DNA of 64,000 bases from Mobula hypostoma (Eukaryota). Below, piece after piece: positions 1 to 14,200 of this stretch. Under the pieces are notes generated by a model, which did no database searches, was not told the origin of the DNA, and saw only the letters and a program-made list of their open reading frames with translations. How positions within the stretch are numbered: position 1 is the first letter of the stretch; each line of letters begins with the position of its first letter. The stretch spans positions 145,578,001 through 145,642,000 of the forward strand of contig NC_086097.1 in assembly GCF_963921235.1 (NCBI RefSeq), given 5' to 3'. The position numbers and the translations under genes were made by a program.

Positions 1-1203
1 CACCTGGAGAGTAAAGACACATATGTAAAGCTCCTTTTCATTGACTACAGCTCTGCCTTTAATACCATCATTCCAAATAAACTGATTCCTAAGCTCCGGA
101 ATCTGGGCCTTAGCACTCAGATCTGCAGCTGGATCTTCAACTTCCTCACAGACAGGACCCAGGCTGTAAAAACAGGGGACAAGCTCTCCTCGTCAATCAC
201 TCTGAGCACCGGTGCCCCACAAGGCTGTGTACTTAGCTCCCTGCTGTACTCACTGTACACCCATGATTGTATAGCTAAGTTTCCATCGAACTCAATATAC
301 AAGTTTGCTGATGACACCACAATTGTAGGCTGTATCTCGGGTAATGATGAGTTTGAGTACAGAGAGGAAATTAAGAACTTGGTGGCATGGTGCGAAGACA
401 ATAACCTATCCCTCAATGTCAGCAAGAGGAAGGAATTGGTTGTTGACTTCAGAAGGAGTAGCAGACCGCACCACCCCATTTACATTGGTGGTGTGCAAGT
501 GGAACAGGTCAAAAGCTTTAAGTTCCTCGGGGTCAATATCACAAATGACCTGACTTGGTCCAACCAAGCAGAGTCCACTGCCAAGAAGGCCCACCAGCGC
601 CTTTACTTCCTGAGGAAGCTAAAGAAATTTGGCCTGTCCCCTCAAACCCTCACTAATTTTTATAGATGCACCGTAGAAAGCAGTCTTCTGGGGCGCATTA
701 CAACCTGGTATCGAAGTCGTCCTGTCCAAGACCAGAAGAAGCTGCAGAAGATCGTGAATACAACCCAGCACGTCACACAAACCAATCTTCCATCCTTGGA
801 CTCACTTTACACCACACGCTGTTGGAGCAGTGCTGCCAGGATAATCAAGGGCACGACCCACCCAACCAACACACTTTTCGTCCCTCTTCCCTCCGGGAGA
901 AGGCTCAGGAGCTTGAAGACTCATACGGCCAGATTTGGGAACAGCTTCTTTTCAACTGTGATAAGACTGCTGAACGGACCCGGATCTGGGCCGTACCCTC
1001 CAAATATCCAGACATGCCTCTCGGTTTTTTTTGAACTACCTTACTTTCCATTTTTCTATTTTCTATTTTCTATTTATGATTTATAATTTATATTTTTAAT
1101 ATTTACTATTGATTTGTGCACCAGGGAGCACGAAGCGCAGAATCAAATATCGCTGTGATGATTGTACGCTCTAGTATCAATTGTTTGGCGACAATAAAGT
1201 ATA
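1..1203 (+). mobile_element. Rex1/Babar-type LINE, 3' part (RT domain, C-terminal domain, 3' UTR); continues beyond the window start
   Basis: Frame open from base 1: [44 protein letters not shown]; ends in AATAAAGTATA; near-identical to 56290..57524. Confidence 0.92.
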
Positions 1204-2024
1204 ATTTATATTTCATTGTTTTTTGCTACCTAACTTTAAGAAAAAGATCTTGTCTGTCCATCCCATCCAATATGTAAATCTTGAAATCTTGAAAAGAATA
1301 CAAGTCTGATCTTTGTACCTTATCTTCATATCTTAACCGTTTATCCCTTGCTTCCCCCATGATTCATCCAGTGACCCATGACCACATTTTATAAGTAATT
1401 AATGAAGAAAATCAGGTTAATTGAAAAGGGTTTTTCTTGCAGCTGTCTATAGCGGGCTTCTGGATGTGTGAAGTCAAAAAAACAAGCACTGGCTGTGAAT
1501 CTTGCCACTGTAATAGAAATACCCTAGTTTGTTATTTCCTTAGTTCTGTTGCTGATGTGCATGTATTCCATTTCTTAATTAAACTTGTGTCATATTGTGC
1601 AATATTGTTAGCACTTCAGGCCTGTTGAGATACAGCTTACATTATCCCTTAATATATTTCTGCTTGTATGTTATATTTTTTCTGCTTGTTCTCCTATGTC
1701 AATACATATCTTGATGCCAGGCAATAAGACTTAAAGTACAATTTGTAAATTGTTTACAAAGACCAGGGGAGATAAGTACAGTGCAAATAATAGATTAAAT
1801 AGTATAATTTGATTAGCAGTTCGAATAAAAGCTGACCTATAGGCAAAAATAGGCTGTTGACATCAAGAATTTGCATTGGAATTGTCTGTTGTTATTTAAA
1901 ATATAATCTAGTTGTAGAGTTCTGTTTAGATGTTACACCAGGTGAGTAATGAATACTGAGAGAAGATGGCATAAAAAAAATTGTACTAATTGTTCAGTTT
2001 TCTGACTTCCATATTTCCTATTAG

Positions 2025-2267
2025 CTTGCTGACTTAAATAAGCGCCTTCCTGCAGAAGCTATGCAAGAAATCTCTGAACAAATGAGATTGCCTCATTCCA
2101 AGTCAGTTCCGAGGCAGAAGAGATTCGAGCGACAGCCTACAATGCAGCCTTCAGCTCCTTATACCATCTCCCTGCAACCTTCTTCTTTTAGAAACCTGCG
2201 GCTACCGAAGAGACTGAGAGTAGTTTATTTCTTAGCTAGGACACGACTTGCACAGAGGATTATCATG
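2025..2267 (+). CDS. SCAP: SCAP exon (cytosolic loop 6, second half of the MELADL motif)
   Basis: tttcctattag|CTTGCTGAC...ATCATG|gtagga; 243 nt; [12 protein letters not shown]...[32 protein letters not shown]. Confidence 0.95.
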
Positions 2268-5200
2268 GTAGGAAAATTCTCAATATGGTGCATATGTGTG
2301 ATTTAATTACAGAGATTTGTTGAGTTCAGTGTGCAGCCTCCTGGGTTGCTTTCAGATATGTGGGAATTACAGAGAAAATTTGAGAGAATGTAAGTGGACT
2401 TTTAAAGTATAAGCACAAATAATATATAGAAAAGTATACACTTATTGGCCACTTTGTTAGGTAAATCTGTACATATGCTAATATTGTAAATATCTAATCA
2501 GCCAATCGTGTCAGCAGCTCAGTGTGTAAAAACATACAGACATAGCCAAGAGGTTCATTTGTTCAGACCAAATATCAGAATGGGGAAGAAATGTGATCTA
2601 TGTGACTTTGACCATGGAATGATTGTTGGTGCCAGACAGGGTGGTTTGAGTATATCAGAAACTGCTGAATTCTTGGGAGTTTCATACAGTAGTCTCTAGA
2701 GATTACAGAGAATGGTGTGAAAAACAAAAAAACATCCAATGAGTGGCAGTTCTATGAGCAAAATCATCCTGTTAATGACAGAGGTAAGAGGAGAATGGCC
2801 AGACTGGTTCAGGCTAACAGGAAAGCGACAGTAACTCAAATAACAACGTGTTACAACAGTGGTGTACAGGAGACCATCTCTGAATGCGCAGCATGTTGAA
2901 CTATGAAGTGAATGGTCCACAGCAGCAGAAGGCCTGGAGGTACCTAATAAGCGGCCACTCAATGTATCTACTACCAATCCATTCCTATCCTTAAAATGCA
3001 TCTGAGTTTTGTCAATCATTTGTTCATATGTCAGAAAGCTTCAAATTGGGAGGTAGAACTTATAATCAAAATTCCTACTTTTATTTTTGGAGGTGATCTT
3101 TAGGTAAGATTTGTAATATCTCCTGAGTGATTCAAAATTAACAATTCAGAAAGAATATATTTTTCTTTCATGCTTAGAATTCCACCTCAACGAAAGATGA
3201 ATTTCCCATCTAAATGCTGCTTCTAGAATTTTGCTGGAATGTGTAGGTTGTTCTATGAGGACAGGTTCAGTAGGCTAGGCATGTATCCACTGGAGTTTAG
3301 AAGTGTAAAAGGTGACTCGGTTAATTGGATAAGGTCGTCAGGATGGATGCAGGCGGGATGAATTCTCTTTTGGGGAATCTAGAAATTGGGATTGCTTTTT
3401 AAAAAAAAGATAAAGATCATTCATTTAAAATAAAAAGAGGTGAAAAAAACCTACAAATAGGTCTTTGAAACTTTCTTCCTCAACAAGTGGTAGCAGCTCT
3501 TTGGATTTTTCAATATTTTAACACAGATTTTTGCTGTCTAACAGGACGAAAGATTGCATGGAACAATACTAAGTTAAAAGTTCCAATCAAAACAGCCACA
3601 ATCTTATTTTACGGCAGTGCAGGGTTGAGGAAATCAGTGGCTTAATCTTGCTCTTAATTAGTACATTTGCTTGTATGCTTAAAACAATTTCTATATTTGT
3701 TAATTTTATAGTTAAACTGTATCAGGAGTTCTTTATGGTGAAACAGATATGCTGTATTAAAGAATATCTAATTTCAGGTGCATTATTACATTTCTGAGTG
3801 GATTTGAATACCTTTTTCTGATTGCTCTTTTTGAGGCGGGGACTGTCATATGGATTGGGATCCTTGTATACACTGATCCTGCTGGCCTTGGGACACTTCT
3901 AACAGCACAGGTGACTGAGCAGAGCCCACTTGGAGAGAATGGCCTGGCATCCATTGCAGTACCGCCAGGTGTTTTCCAAAGGGGAGATACTAAGGATGGT
4001 TTGCCTGGCTTCCCATCAGATGTAAGCCCAGCACTGGAGAACCAGTCACATGACACAGATCAGAGCAAGAGCTTCAATCCTCTGGAAGCTTCACCCATGA
4101 TCTCTCCTGAACGTATAAATGATGATGGCAAGGAGCAGGTCCATAGTGAGGCCGGTCACCAGGAAAATGATTTCAAAGTGGAAATTACATGGGGAGCGCA
4201 AGATGAGGAGATGTGGCGGAAGCTTTCTTTCCGACATTGGCCAACACTCTTCAGTTATTACAATAACACTTTGGCAAGGAAGTAAGTAGAACTGGAGTCA
4301 TCATTTGTGCTAATATTGTCTATGTAGTAGGATGCTAATTTTTCAAGGCAATATTGAAATAAATTTGAATAAAATCAATATTCTAAAGGAACATGAAATG
4401 CTGTAGCAAAATCTAAGGTCCAAGAAATGTTTCAGCATTTGCAAGGATGTGTTAAATGGAGGTGGATGTTTTGGTAATGTATTTTTTCTCAAGAGCCTGG
4501 AGTAAGGCTGATAATTTCAAACATAATTGAGTAAGACAATAATATAGCACAATAAATAACATTCATTGCATCAAACTGATTTGTTTTAACAGCCATAGTT
4601 AACTGCTTTTTTAACACGATCCTGCTTGTTCTTGCAGGGTTTGCCAGAGTGAATTTTTCACCTCTAATAGTTGTCCTGCTAAAAAAAAAATTAGGATTAT
4701 AGTGAATGTATGAAGCCACCTACTATTTTTGGAACAGATTCCATGTTTAACTGATGTTTATATATTTAACAGATATGTCAGTATTCTTCCCATCATCCCA
4801 GTCTCCTTCCATCTGAGTCTGCAAGATGCTCTGGATGCAAGACACCCTCAAGATGCAAAGCGATACCATTCCATGTTCCCAGCAGATTACGGAGAGACAA
4901 GAAACATCAATGGAGACAGGGCAAATGATCCAAATAAGCAGCATTCTTCCTCCAAGCCACATGTTCATTTGGACATCACACTTTACAAGTAAATTCTTGG
5001 AGATCTTAATTACAATTGTCACTGTTATGGTTAATTAATTAAAATTATGTTTTAAGCCAAACTACATATACACAATACTAGGATTGGTTTTGTGTATGGT
5101 GTAATGGCATATTGTAGCTGTGATCCCTGGTTTTCAGCATATCCTCACAGACAGGACCCAGGCTGTAAAAACAGGGGACAAGCTCTCCTCTACAATCACT

Positions 5201-8200
5201 CTGAGCACCGGTGCCCCAAAGAGCTGTGTACTCAGCCCTCTGCTGTACTCACTGTACACCCATGATTGTGTAGCCAGGTTTCCATCGAACTCAATATATA
5301 AATTTGCTGATGACGCAACAATTGTAGGCCGTATCTCGGGTAGTGATGAGTTTGAGTACAGAGAGGAAATTAAGAACCTGGTGGCATGGTGCAAAGATAA
5401 TAACCTATCCCTCAACGTCAGCAAGACGAGGGAATTGGTTGTTGATTTCAGGAGGAGTAGCAGACCGCACGACCCAATTTACATTGGTGGTGCGCAACTG
5501 GAACAGGTCAAAAGCTTTAAGTTCCTCGGGATCTATATCACAAATGATCTGATTTGGTCCAACCAGGCAGAGTTCACTGCCAGGAAGGCCCACCAGCGCC
5601 TTTACTTCCTGAGAAAACTAAAGAAATTTGGCCTGTCCCCTAAAACCCTCACTAATTTTTATAGATGCACCGTAGAAAGCATTCTTCTAGGGTGCATCAC
5701 AACCTGGTATGGAAGTTGTCCTGTCCAAGACCGAAAGAAGCTGCAGAAGATCGTGAACACGGCATAGCACATCACACAAACCAATCTTCCGTCCTTGGAC
5801 TCACTTTACACCGCATGCTGTCGGAGCAGTGCTGCCAGGATAATCAAGGACACGACCCACCCAGCCAACACACTTTTCGTCCCTCTTCCCTCTGGGAGAA
5901 GGCTCAGGAGCTTGAAGACTCGTACGGCCAGATTTGGGAACAGCTTCTTTCCAACTGTGATAAGACTGCTGAACGGATCCTGACCCGGATCTGGGCCGTA
6001 CCCTCCAAATATCCGGACCTGCCTCTCGGTTTTTTTGCATTTCCTTACTTTCCATTTTTCTATTTTCTATTTATGATTTATAATTTAAATTTTAATATTT
6101 ACTAATTTTTACTATTTTTAATATTTAATATTTGTAATCCAGGGAGCGGGAAGCGCAGACTGAAATATCGTGTGATGATTGTACGTTCTAGTATCAATTG
6201 TTAGGTGACAATAAAGTATGAAGTATGCAAGTTTTATTAAGTTGAATGTGTGTCATAAGTTCAGTAGTCTGGCTATGATAATAAGTGGATGAAATCACAT
6301 CCTATGTAGGAATTGCCCATCATGTCAGCATATGATTGATGTAAGCAGACTTTGTCCACTGAGGTTGTGCAAGACTAGAAATAGAGGTCATTGGTTAAGG
6401 GTGAAAGGTGAAATATTTAAGGAGAGTTTCTTTACTCAGGGCGGTGAGGGTGTTGATTGAGCTGCCATCTGAAGTGGTGGATGCAGGTTCAATTTCAATA
6501 GTTAAGAGAAATTTGGATGGATACATGAATGGGTGGGGTATGGAGTGCTATGGTCCTGGTGCAGATCGATGGGATTGGCAGATTAATAATTTGGCATGGT
6601 CTAAATGGGCTGAAGGGCCTTTTTCTGTGCTATAGCATTCTGTGACTTAATGGAGTGTTGGTGTATCAGCAGGAACAGATATTCTTTGTTCTTTAATCAA
6701 TTTAAGTATTCTGTTTTCTGACCTATGCCACTGAAAATGTTTTTCCTTATTTGTGATCATTATGAAAGCTATGATTTTGAACCCTGACCTCCTCTATTCA
6801 ACCTCACCTGATTTGAACAGCTTCACCTTAATGCATTTTAGGTTGCTAACACCTTTCACCCCTTATCCCTAATTTTTTTTCTGAGCGTTTCTTAAAAGTA
6901 TGATGCTAGAATTAGAAATAAAATTGTTAAGGTATTTACAAAAGTTTATCGGTAACTTCCTAACATTGCACCCCCATTGAAAGTGTAAGCAAGAGTACAT
7001 TGGCTGCACATCGAAAGTGCGAGCAAAAGTAAGATAATTTGTTCCTTCAAGGCTGCTCCACCATTCAGTAAGATTGAGCTGCTCGGCTGTCTTATCCACC
7101 AACAACAAACCATTCTTCATTCATCTCAAGTTCCTTTGCACTAATGCCAGTATATTCCCTATTGCTCTCTGTATTTTCAGTTAAAAACAGGTCTATGGCA
7201 AAATACTCTATTGAGCAATTTTTGGAAGTTGATGCAGCTCATTACGCCTGTCTTATTTCAGCTTGGTCAAGATGTTAAACCTGATTTGCTTTTAACAAAT
7301 TCTTGCTTATTTTCAGTCAGGGCCCACATTTGATTATAAACATTCATAACTAGCATATGGTTTGTACTTTTCACATTCATCCCTATATCCCACCAAACAA
7401 GGGTGTAGCAGTTGGATGCCTTCACTGCTCGAGCACTACCATCATATCCTAGGAGTGGTTAGTAGGCTATGGCCGTATCCTTGACAAAACGTTTTACTCA
7501 ATAAATTGAGGTCCTATTATAACACTTTGTTATTTGACGTTTTAGGCTTTTGTAAGTGAAATGACTTTCCAATTTTGCATTTTCTAAGTGGTAAGGAACT
7601 CTAACAAATTGATTCAATTAGTTAGATTGATACAACTTGTGGGTGATTGCAGTTAGCTTAGCAATAAAAGTACTTTGTGCACTCCAGCAGGCACAAGGCC
7701 AATGCTCTTCTTGTTGGTACAATAATGTGTCGAATATTAATGTTTGTTTTAAATTTGCTGACATTAAGTGAAAAAAATGTCGACCACTAGTAATGACTGA
7801 ATCACTTACCGAAATTTTATTTTAATTTGGATTTTGCTTTATTCTGTCTTGTAGAGTTGGAGCACTTGGGCTGGCATCTGGAGTCCTCCTTGTAATTTTG
7901 CTCTTCTGCTTGTATAAAGTGTTCTGTCCAAAAACTTATGGCCAGGGTGGTCTTTCTCATGGGCGAAGGCGACGCGGAGACCTACCCTGTGATGACTATG
8001 GTTACTCACCACCCATCAGTGAAACCTTGCCACTAATTTTGAAGGGACATTTAATGGTGAGTGGACATTTGATAACCAGTGTATCCTAATACAGGCTGTG
8101 ATCTTGATATTAACCCAACATTGACATTATGGTAATGCCACTGAGTTTATAATCCAAACTCCCAGACTAATGCCCTGGAGATTAGAAGGAATTTAAACTC

Positions 8201-11200
8201 AGCTAGATTAAAAAAAAAACCTGACCTGAAACCACTTGACCTTTTGAAATAGCTTAGACAACTATTTAGTTTTATTCAAATCATGGAACAGTCCATGAAC
8301 ACATGCAGCAAGCCATGGATAGCATTCAGGTATTGTCTGCCAGGTGACAAGACACATTTACACTGCTCTTATTTCAGGAAATCATTCTCAAAACACGAGA
8401 GGACCTAATCAGAGAGACTACACAAATTCAAAAGAAGCATCTCACTATCACCTTCTCAAAGGAAATTAAGGATGGCAAATAAATGTTGGCCTTACCAGTG
8501 AGACCTGAAAATGAATTTACAAAGTATCTAAAATTTCTTTTTTTATCACATTTAATGGTTATCATCATTGTTGAACACTCCTACCATTGTATGGTGGGGA
8601 CCCCATTGAGTAAAAAGCAAATGGAGTGACCACGTAAATTCTGCAGCCACTATTCTGTGGCAAATGCCTCACTTGCAGACTCCCTAAAGGAGTGTTATTA
8701 AAGTTCATTCATCCAGGCAAGTTTAGAAAATTCAAGTATATAAGTGTCTTATTGATGCTGAATTTCCTACAAAATGACTTTTTCTGCCCACCATAAGAGC
8801 AGATTATCAAATGTAGTAGTTCAGATTCACTAGCTGGCCTCTGGCCACAGAAAATATTATGTGGAAGATCTGTTGCAACTATTTACCGAGATTCTGTAGA
8901 CCTCTGAAACCTGTGATTTCTTCTGTCTAGAAGGACAATAAAAATGCATGCATGTCAATAGCACCATGTCCAAATTATTTGTTTCCTTGTGCTAATACTG
9001 TCACTCCTGCCCTGTAAATATATTCAACAATTTTTACCTGGTTGAAATCCTCAACATCCCTACCAGGCAGCATGGTGCAGAACATTGGCTGGCTCAGCAT
9101 TGCCTTATGGAGAAAAAGCATTGTGGCCAGTGACTTTATGAGTGAATTAAAAGCAAAGCTTCTTTGCAAGAGAACCCATGACTCAATAACAACTCATTTC
9201 AAAGTGCCTCATCATTTGTGAAGCACTGAGGTATTTATTAGAAATGTGATGATTCAATTTAAGTGCACATATACTTCACATTGGTCAAATTGTCATGTGA
9301 AGCTATTTGTGTTTGGCAAAGTTCATTGCAGTGTCCAATCTATTGTTGTCCCAGAATGGATAAGTGACATATCAGAATGCTACTGTTTCTCTTTCCTCAT
9401 CAACTGAATGATTTTTGTCCATTGGTTTTGTATGCAATCCAAATTACAACCAATTATAATTTTGCTGCAAGCTACTGAGTTTGCATTTGGCACTAGCTTC
9501 TTCAAAATAACTTAAATTCTTCTTTGATTTTTGCTACACGAGCCCCTTATCCCTTAATTACTAAAAAATCTATCAATATTTGTCTTGAAAATATTCAACA
9601 ACAGAGCTTCATGGATCTCTTGGAGAAATCCAAAGATCCACTATTCTCTGGAAGAAATGTCTCCTCATTCCCAGCCTGAATAATTCAACCTCTGTTTTGA
9701 AAATTTGACTGCTGCTTCTGGCTTCCAACAGGAAAATCAACTTTCAATTTATTTTTGTCAAGCACCTTAAGAATATTGTAGGTTTCAATGGCATTATCTC
9801 TCGTTCTTTCAGATTGAAAAGTGCTTAATTTGGTGTACCTTATCTCTCATCATGCTGCAAATCTTGTTTTCCAGTGAAGCTTTGCTGCACTTCTTTTATA
9901 AAGAAATCCCTCCTTCATTAAGTAGACCAGATCTGTATATAATGTTCCCTCCGTGGTCTCACCTGGACTCTACATTTAAGGCAAACTGCTCTCTTGTATT
10001 CAAATTCTCTTGTGATACATGTCGGTGTCCTGTTAGCTAGATTATCTCAAGGAGCATTAAAAGTTAACATAGATACATCTCCATTTCCCTGTCTGTTCAT
10101 GTCTCTGTCTAAATGCCCCTTAAAATTTGCTATTGTCTGCTGCCACCACTTCCCCTGCCAGTGCATTCCAGTTACCTACCATTTTCTGAAAAATAAAACT
10201 TGTATTGTAAATCTTACTAAACTTTCCCCCTCTCGCCTTAAGGCTGTGCTCTCAAATATTTGATAATCTTTCATTGAGAAAGCTCATTGACTTTCTACCC
10301 TAATATACTTCTCATTATCTTATATACTTCTATCACTCCTCAACATTCAGTACCTCATTTGAAACAATTGAAAGTTGTCCAGCCTCTCCTTTTAGATAAT
10401 TTTCACTAATCCATTCAACACCCTGGTGAATCTCTTCAGTACCCTCACCGCATTCTTCCTGTAATGCAGTGACCAGGACCGCACACAGTACTCTAAATGT
10501 GGCCTAACCAAAGACTAATACAGCTGCCAAGTTTCCATGGATATCAAGTGCTGCGAGTTTTTTAATCTTCTAAATCAGAGTACCTTGTTAAAAGGTTTAC
10601 TAAAGACTATGCATATAGTATACACTCAGTGGCACTTTATTAGGTGCAGGAGTGGAACCCAGTGTGGTCTCCTGTTGCTGTAGCTCATCCAGTTTAAGGT
10701 TTGACGTGTAGTGAATTCAGAGATGTTCTTCTGCTCACCACTGTGGTAATGCATGGTTATTTGAGTTACTGCCACCTTCCTGTCAGTGTGAACCAATCAG
10801 GCTATTCTTCAGAATCAGAATCAAGTTTATTATCACCGGCATGTGTCGAGAAATTTGTTAACATTCTCTGACCTCTTAATAATAAGACATTTTTGCCCAC
10901 ACAACTGCCACTCACTAGATGATTTTTGTTTTTCACACCATTCTGTGTAAACTCTACAGACTGTTGTCTGTGAAAATCTTAGATCAGCAGTTTCTGAGAT
11001 ACGTAAATCACTCCGTCTGACACTAACAATTAAACCATAGTCAAAGTCACTGAGGTCACATTTCTTCCCCATTCTGATGTTTGATCTGAACAACAACCGA
11101 ACCTCTTGGCCAAGTCTGCATGCTTTTATGCCTTTTTGCTGCTACACGATTAACTGATGAGATATTTGCACTTATGAGCAGATGTATCTAATAAAATGGC

Positions 11201-14200
11201 CACTGTGTGTACACTGCTCTACTATCAACTATAATCAATCATCTTCATCCCCTCCTGAGGAAAACCCAATCCAATTTGTAAGACATGACTTCCTCTGAAG
11301 CTGTGCCTAATATGACTATGATTTTCCACATGTAGGGATGTGATTTCCTGGTTAGTTTTTATTGCCCTTCCTAAGCAGAGAAACAACATTGGCCATTATC
11401 CAGTACTCTGAGACAATGCTAGTGACTAAAGACGATACAAAGATATCTGTTAAAGTCCCAGCAAGCTCCTCTCTTGTTTTTCAATAGATGCCATGTGGTC
11501 TTGGGAATTTTGTCACTTTAATGTTCTTCAAGAGCCCCCTCACCACCTCCATGTGGGTATCAACTGGCTCCAGAATATGAGCATACCTCTGTGATCTAAC
11601 TGACTTCAGTGTCCTATCTCTTGGTGAATTCTGATGCGAAGCACTTGGTTGATACCTTGCCCACTTCTGGCTCCAGTCATAAATTGTCTCTTGTCCTTGA
11701 TTGGTCATATCCTCTCCCTAGTTGCCTCTTGCTTTTAATGTATCGTCGTAAGAAAAACTTTGTGAATCATTTGCAATTACCTGGTTTTCTGCATTAATTA
11801 CTAATAAAATATGATCTGATCTTCATCTAAGTCACAATTGTAGACAAACAATCTGCCTAAACTAATAACACACAAACAGTTGTACTACTTCTCATCGATA
11901 CTGAGTACACCATTTAAACAATCACAGTCTAGCTTCAAAAAACATGTGAACCTCTGGGGTAATGCCTTCGACAAAAGCTAATTGGAGTCAGGTGTCCTAC
12001 CCTATTAAAAAAAAAGATGCACAATGTCAGGTTACTGACAGAGCCTGCTCTTCTCAAGAAAGGTCTGTTTATGTACATCATGCCTCTATCAAAACAACTT
12101 TCAGAGGACCTTAGAAGAAGAATTGTAGAGATGCATGAAGCTGGAAAAGGCTACAAAAGCATTTCTAAAGACCCGCATGTTCATCGGTCCACAGTAAGAA
12201 TTTGTCTACAAATGGAGGAAATTCAGTACTGTTGCTACTCTCCTTAGGAGTGGGTGTCCTGCAAAGATCACACCAAGAGCACAACGTGCAATGCTGAAGG
12301 AAGTGAAAAAGAAACTAACAGCAAAATACCTGCAGAAATCTTTAGAACTTGCTAAAGTTTCTGTTCATGTGTCCACTATAAGAAAGACATTGAACAAGAC
12401 TGGCTTTCATGGAAGACACTACAGAGGAAGCCACTGCCCTTCAAAAAAAAAGATTGCTGCACTTTTCAAGCTTGCAGAAGACCACCTGGATGTTCCGCAA
12501 CACTTCTGGGGCAATGTTCTGTGACAGATGAGATAGATGTTGAACTTCTTGGCAGAAATGCACATTGCTATGTTTGGAGGGAAAAGGGCACTATACACCA
12601 ACACCAAAATCTCAGCCCAGTTGTGAAGCATGGTGGATGGAGCATCCTGGTTTGGGACAGCTTGCAATTGTTGTGGCAACAATTAATTCAAAAATGTATC
12701 AAGAGATTTTACAGGCGAATATCAGGGTAGCATTCTGTCACCTGAAGCTTAATAGAATTCAGATGATGCCACAAAGCCATGATCTGAAACACAAGAGTAA
12801 ATCAAAAACAGAATGGTTTAAAAAGAAGAAAATTTGTGTTTTGGAATGAGTCCAGACCTTAACCCAAGTGAGATGCTGTGGCTAAAATTCCTCCTCGCCG
12901 TTTGTGCAGGTCTGATCAGCAACTACAGGAAATGTTTGGTGGAGGTTATTGCTGCTAAAGGAGGTTCTACTAGTTATTAAATACAAGGGTTCATGTGTTT
13001 TTTCCAGCCTGATTGTGAATGATTAAACAATATGTTCAATGAAGCCATGAGAAGTACAATTAGGCAGATTGTGTTTGTCTATTATTGTGACTTCAATGAA
13101 GATCAGACCACATTTTATGAGTAATTAACGCAGAAAACCAGGTAACTGCAAAAGGTTACAAGCTTTTTCTTGCAACTCCATGTCTAAACTGCTGGATGTT
13201 TCATGGCCTTTGTCTGCCAGACTGGGTAAGGGTGAAAAATTGATTCTGTTAAGAACATTTAAAACCTTTAAATTTTTAAAACAATTTGGCATATTTTGTG
13301 GGCACTTTTTACATTCTAACGCACATACTGTATATGACCTGGTTTATTTAATTCTGTTTCAAAAATTTCAGAGTTGTTGCATTTTTAAGATTAGCTTAAC
13401 CATGCAATATACTAGCTTAACTAAAAGCATGAAATTATTACTACAAATTTAATATGAATAGATCAGTATTTTAAGAAGACCATGCGGAAGTAATATTAAT
13501 TCAACTCATTAACCCAGATTCATGTGGTACTTTTATGTGTTTTGGATTTTGCTACCAAAATTGTTGCAGTGCAATCATAATAGTTGTCATTGGAGCTTTA
13601 GAACTGACTTAAACTAAAGACAAAAAATGCTTGAATTACAGGGCCTATAAAAAGTATTCAAACCACACCCCCCCCTCCCCCGCAAGTGTTTGTGTTTTAC
13701 TGTTTTACAACATTGAATCACAGTGGATTGAATAAAGTTTTTGACCAACAGAAAAAGACTCTTTTGTGTCAAAGTGAAAAAAAATCCAAAGTGAGCTAAA
13801 TGAATTACAAATATAAAACACAGAATGATTGATTGCATATGTATTCATCCCATCAGGTCAGTATTTAGTAGATGCACTTTTGGCAGCAATAACAGCCTTG
13901 AGTCTGTGTGACTAGGTCTCTATCAGCTTTGCATGTCTGGACACTGTAATTTTCCCCATTCTTTACAAAACTACTCAAGCTCTGTCAGATTGCATGGGGA
14001 TTGTAAGTGAACAGCCCTTTCCAAGTCCAGCCACAAGTTCTTGATTGTATTGAGGTTTGGTCTCTGACTTGGCCACTCCAGGACATTAACTTTGTTGCTT
14101 TTAAAGCCATTCCTGTGTCGCTTTGGCTTTATGCTTGAAGCCATTGTCTTGCTGAAAAACAAATCATCTTCCAAGTCGCAGTTCTCTTGCAAACTACATC

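Noticed and set aside
117..1034. Recurrent antisense and alternate-frame ORFs (also at 5134..6105 and 56285..57367)
   Set aside because: These are shadow frames of the repeated Rex1 RT. They recur only because the element is repeated.
8130..8510. Conserved regulatory element after the SCAP TM8 exon
   Set aside because: It resembles decayed SINE-head and LINE-tail remnants also hinted at near 29950, 39300..39600 and 62050..62250. It is too degenerate to classify or assign a function.
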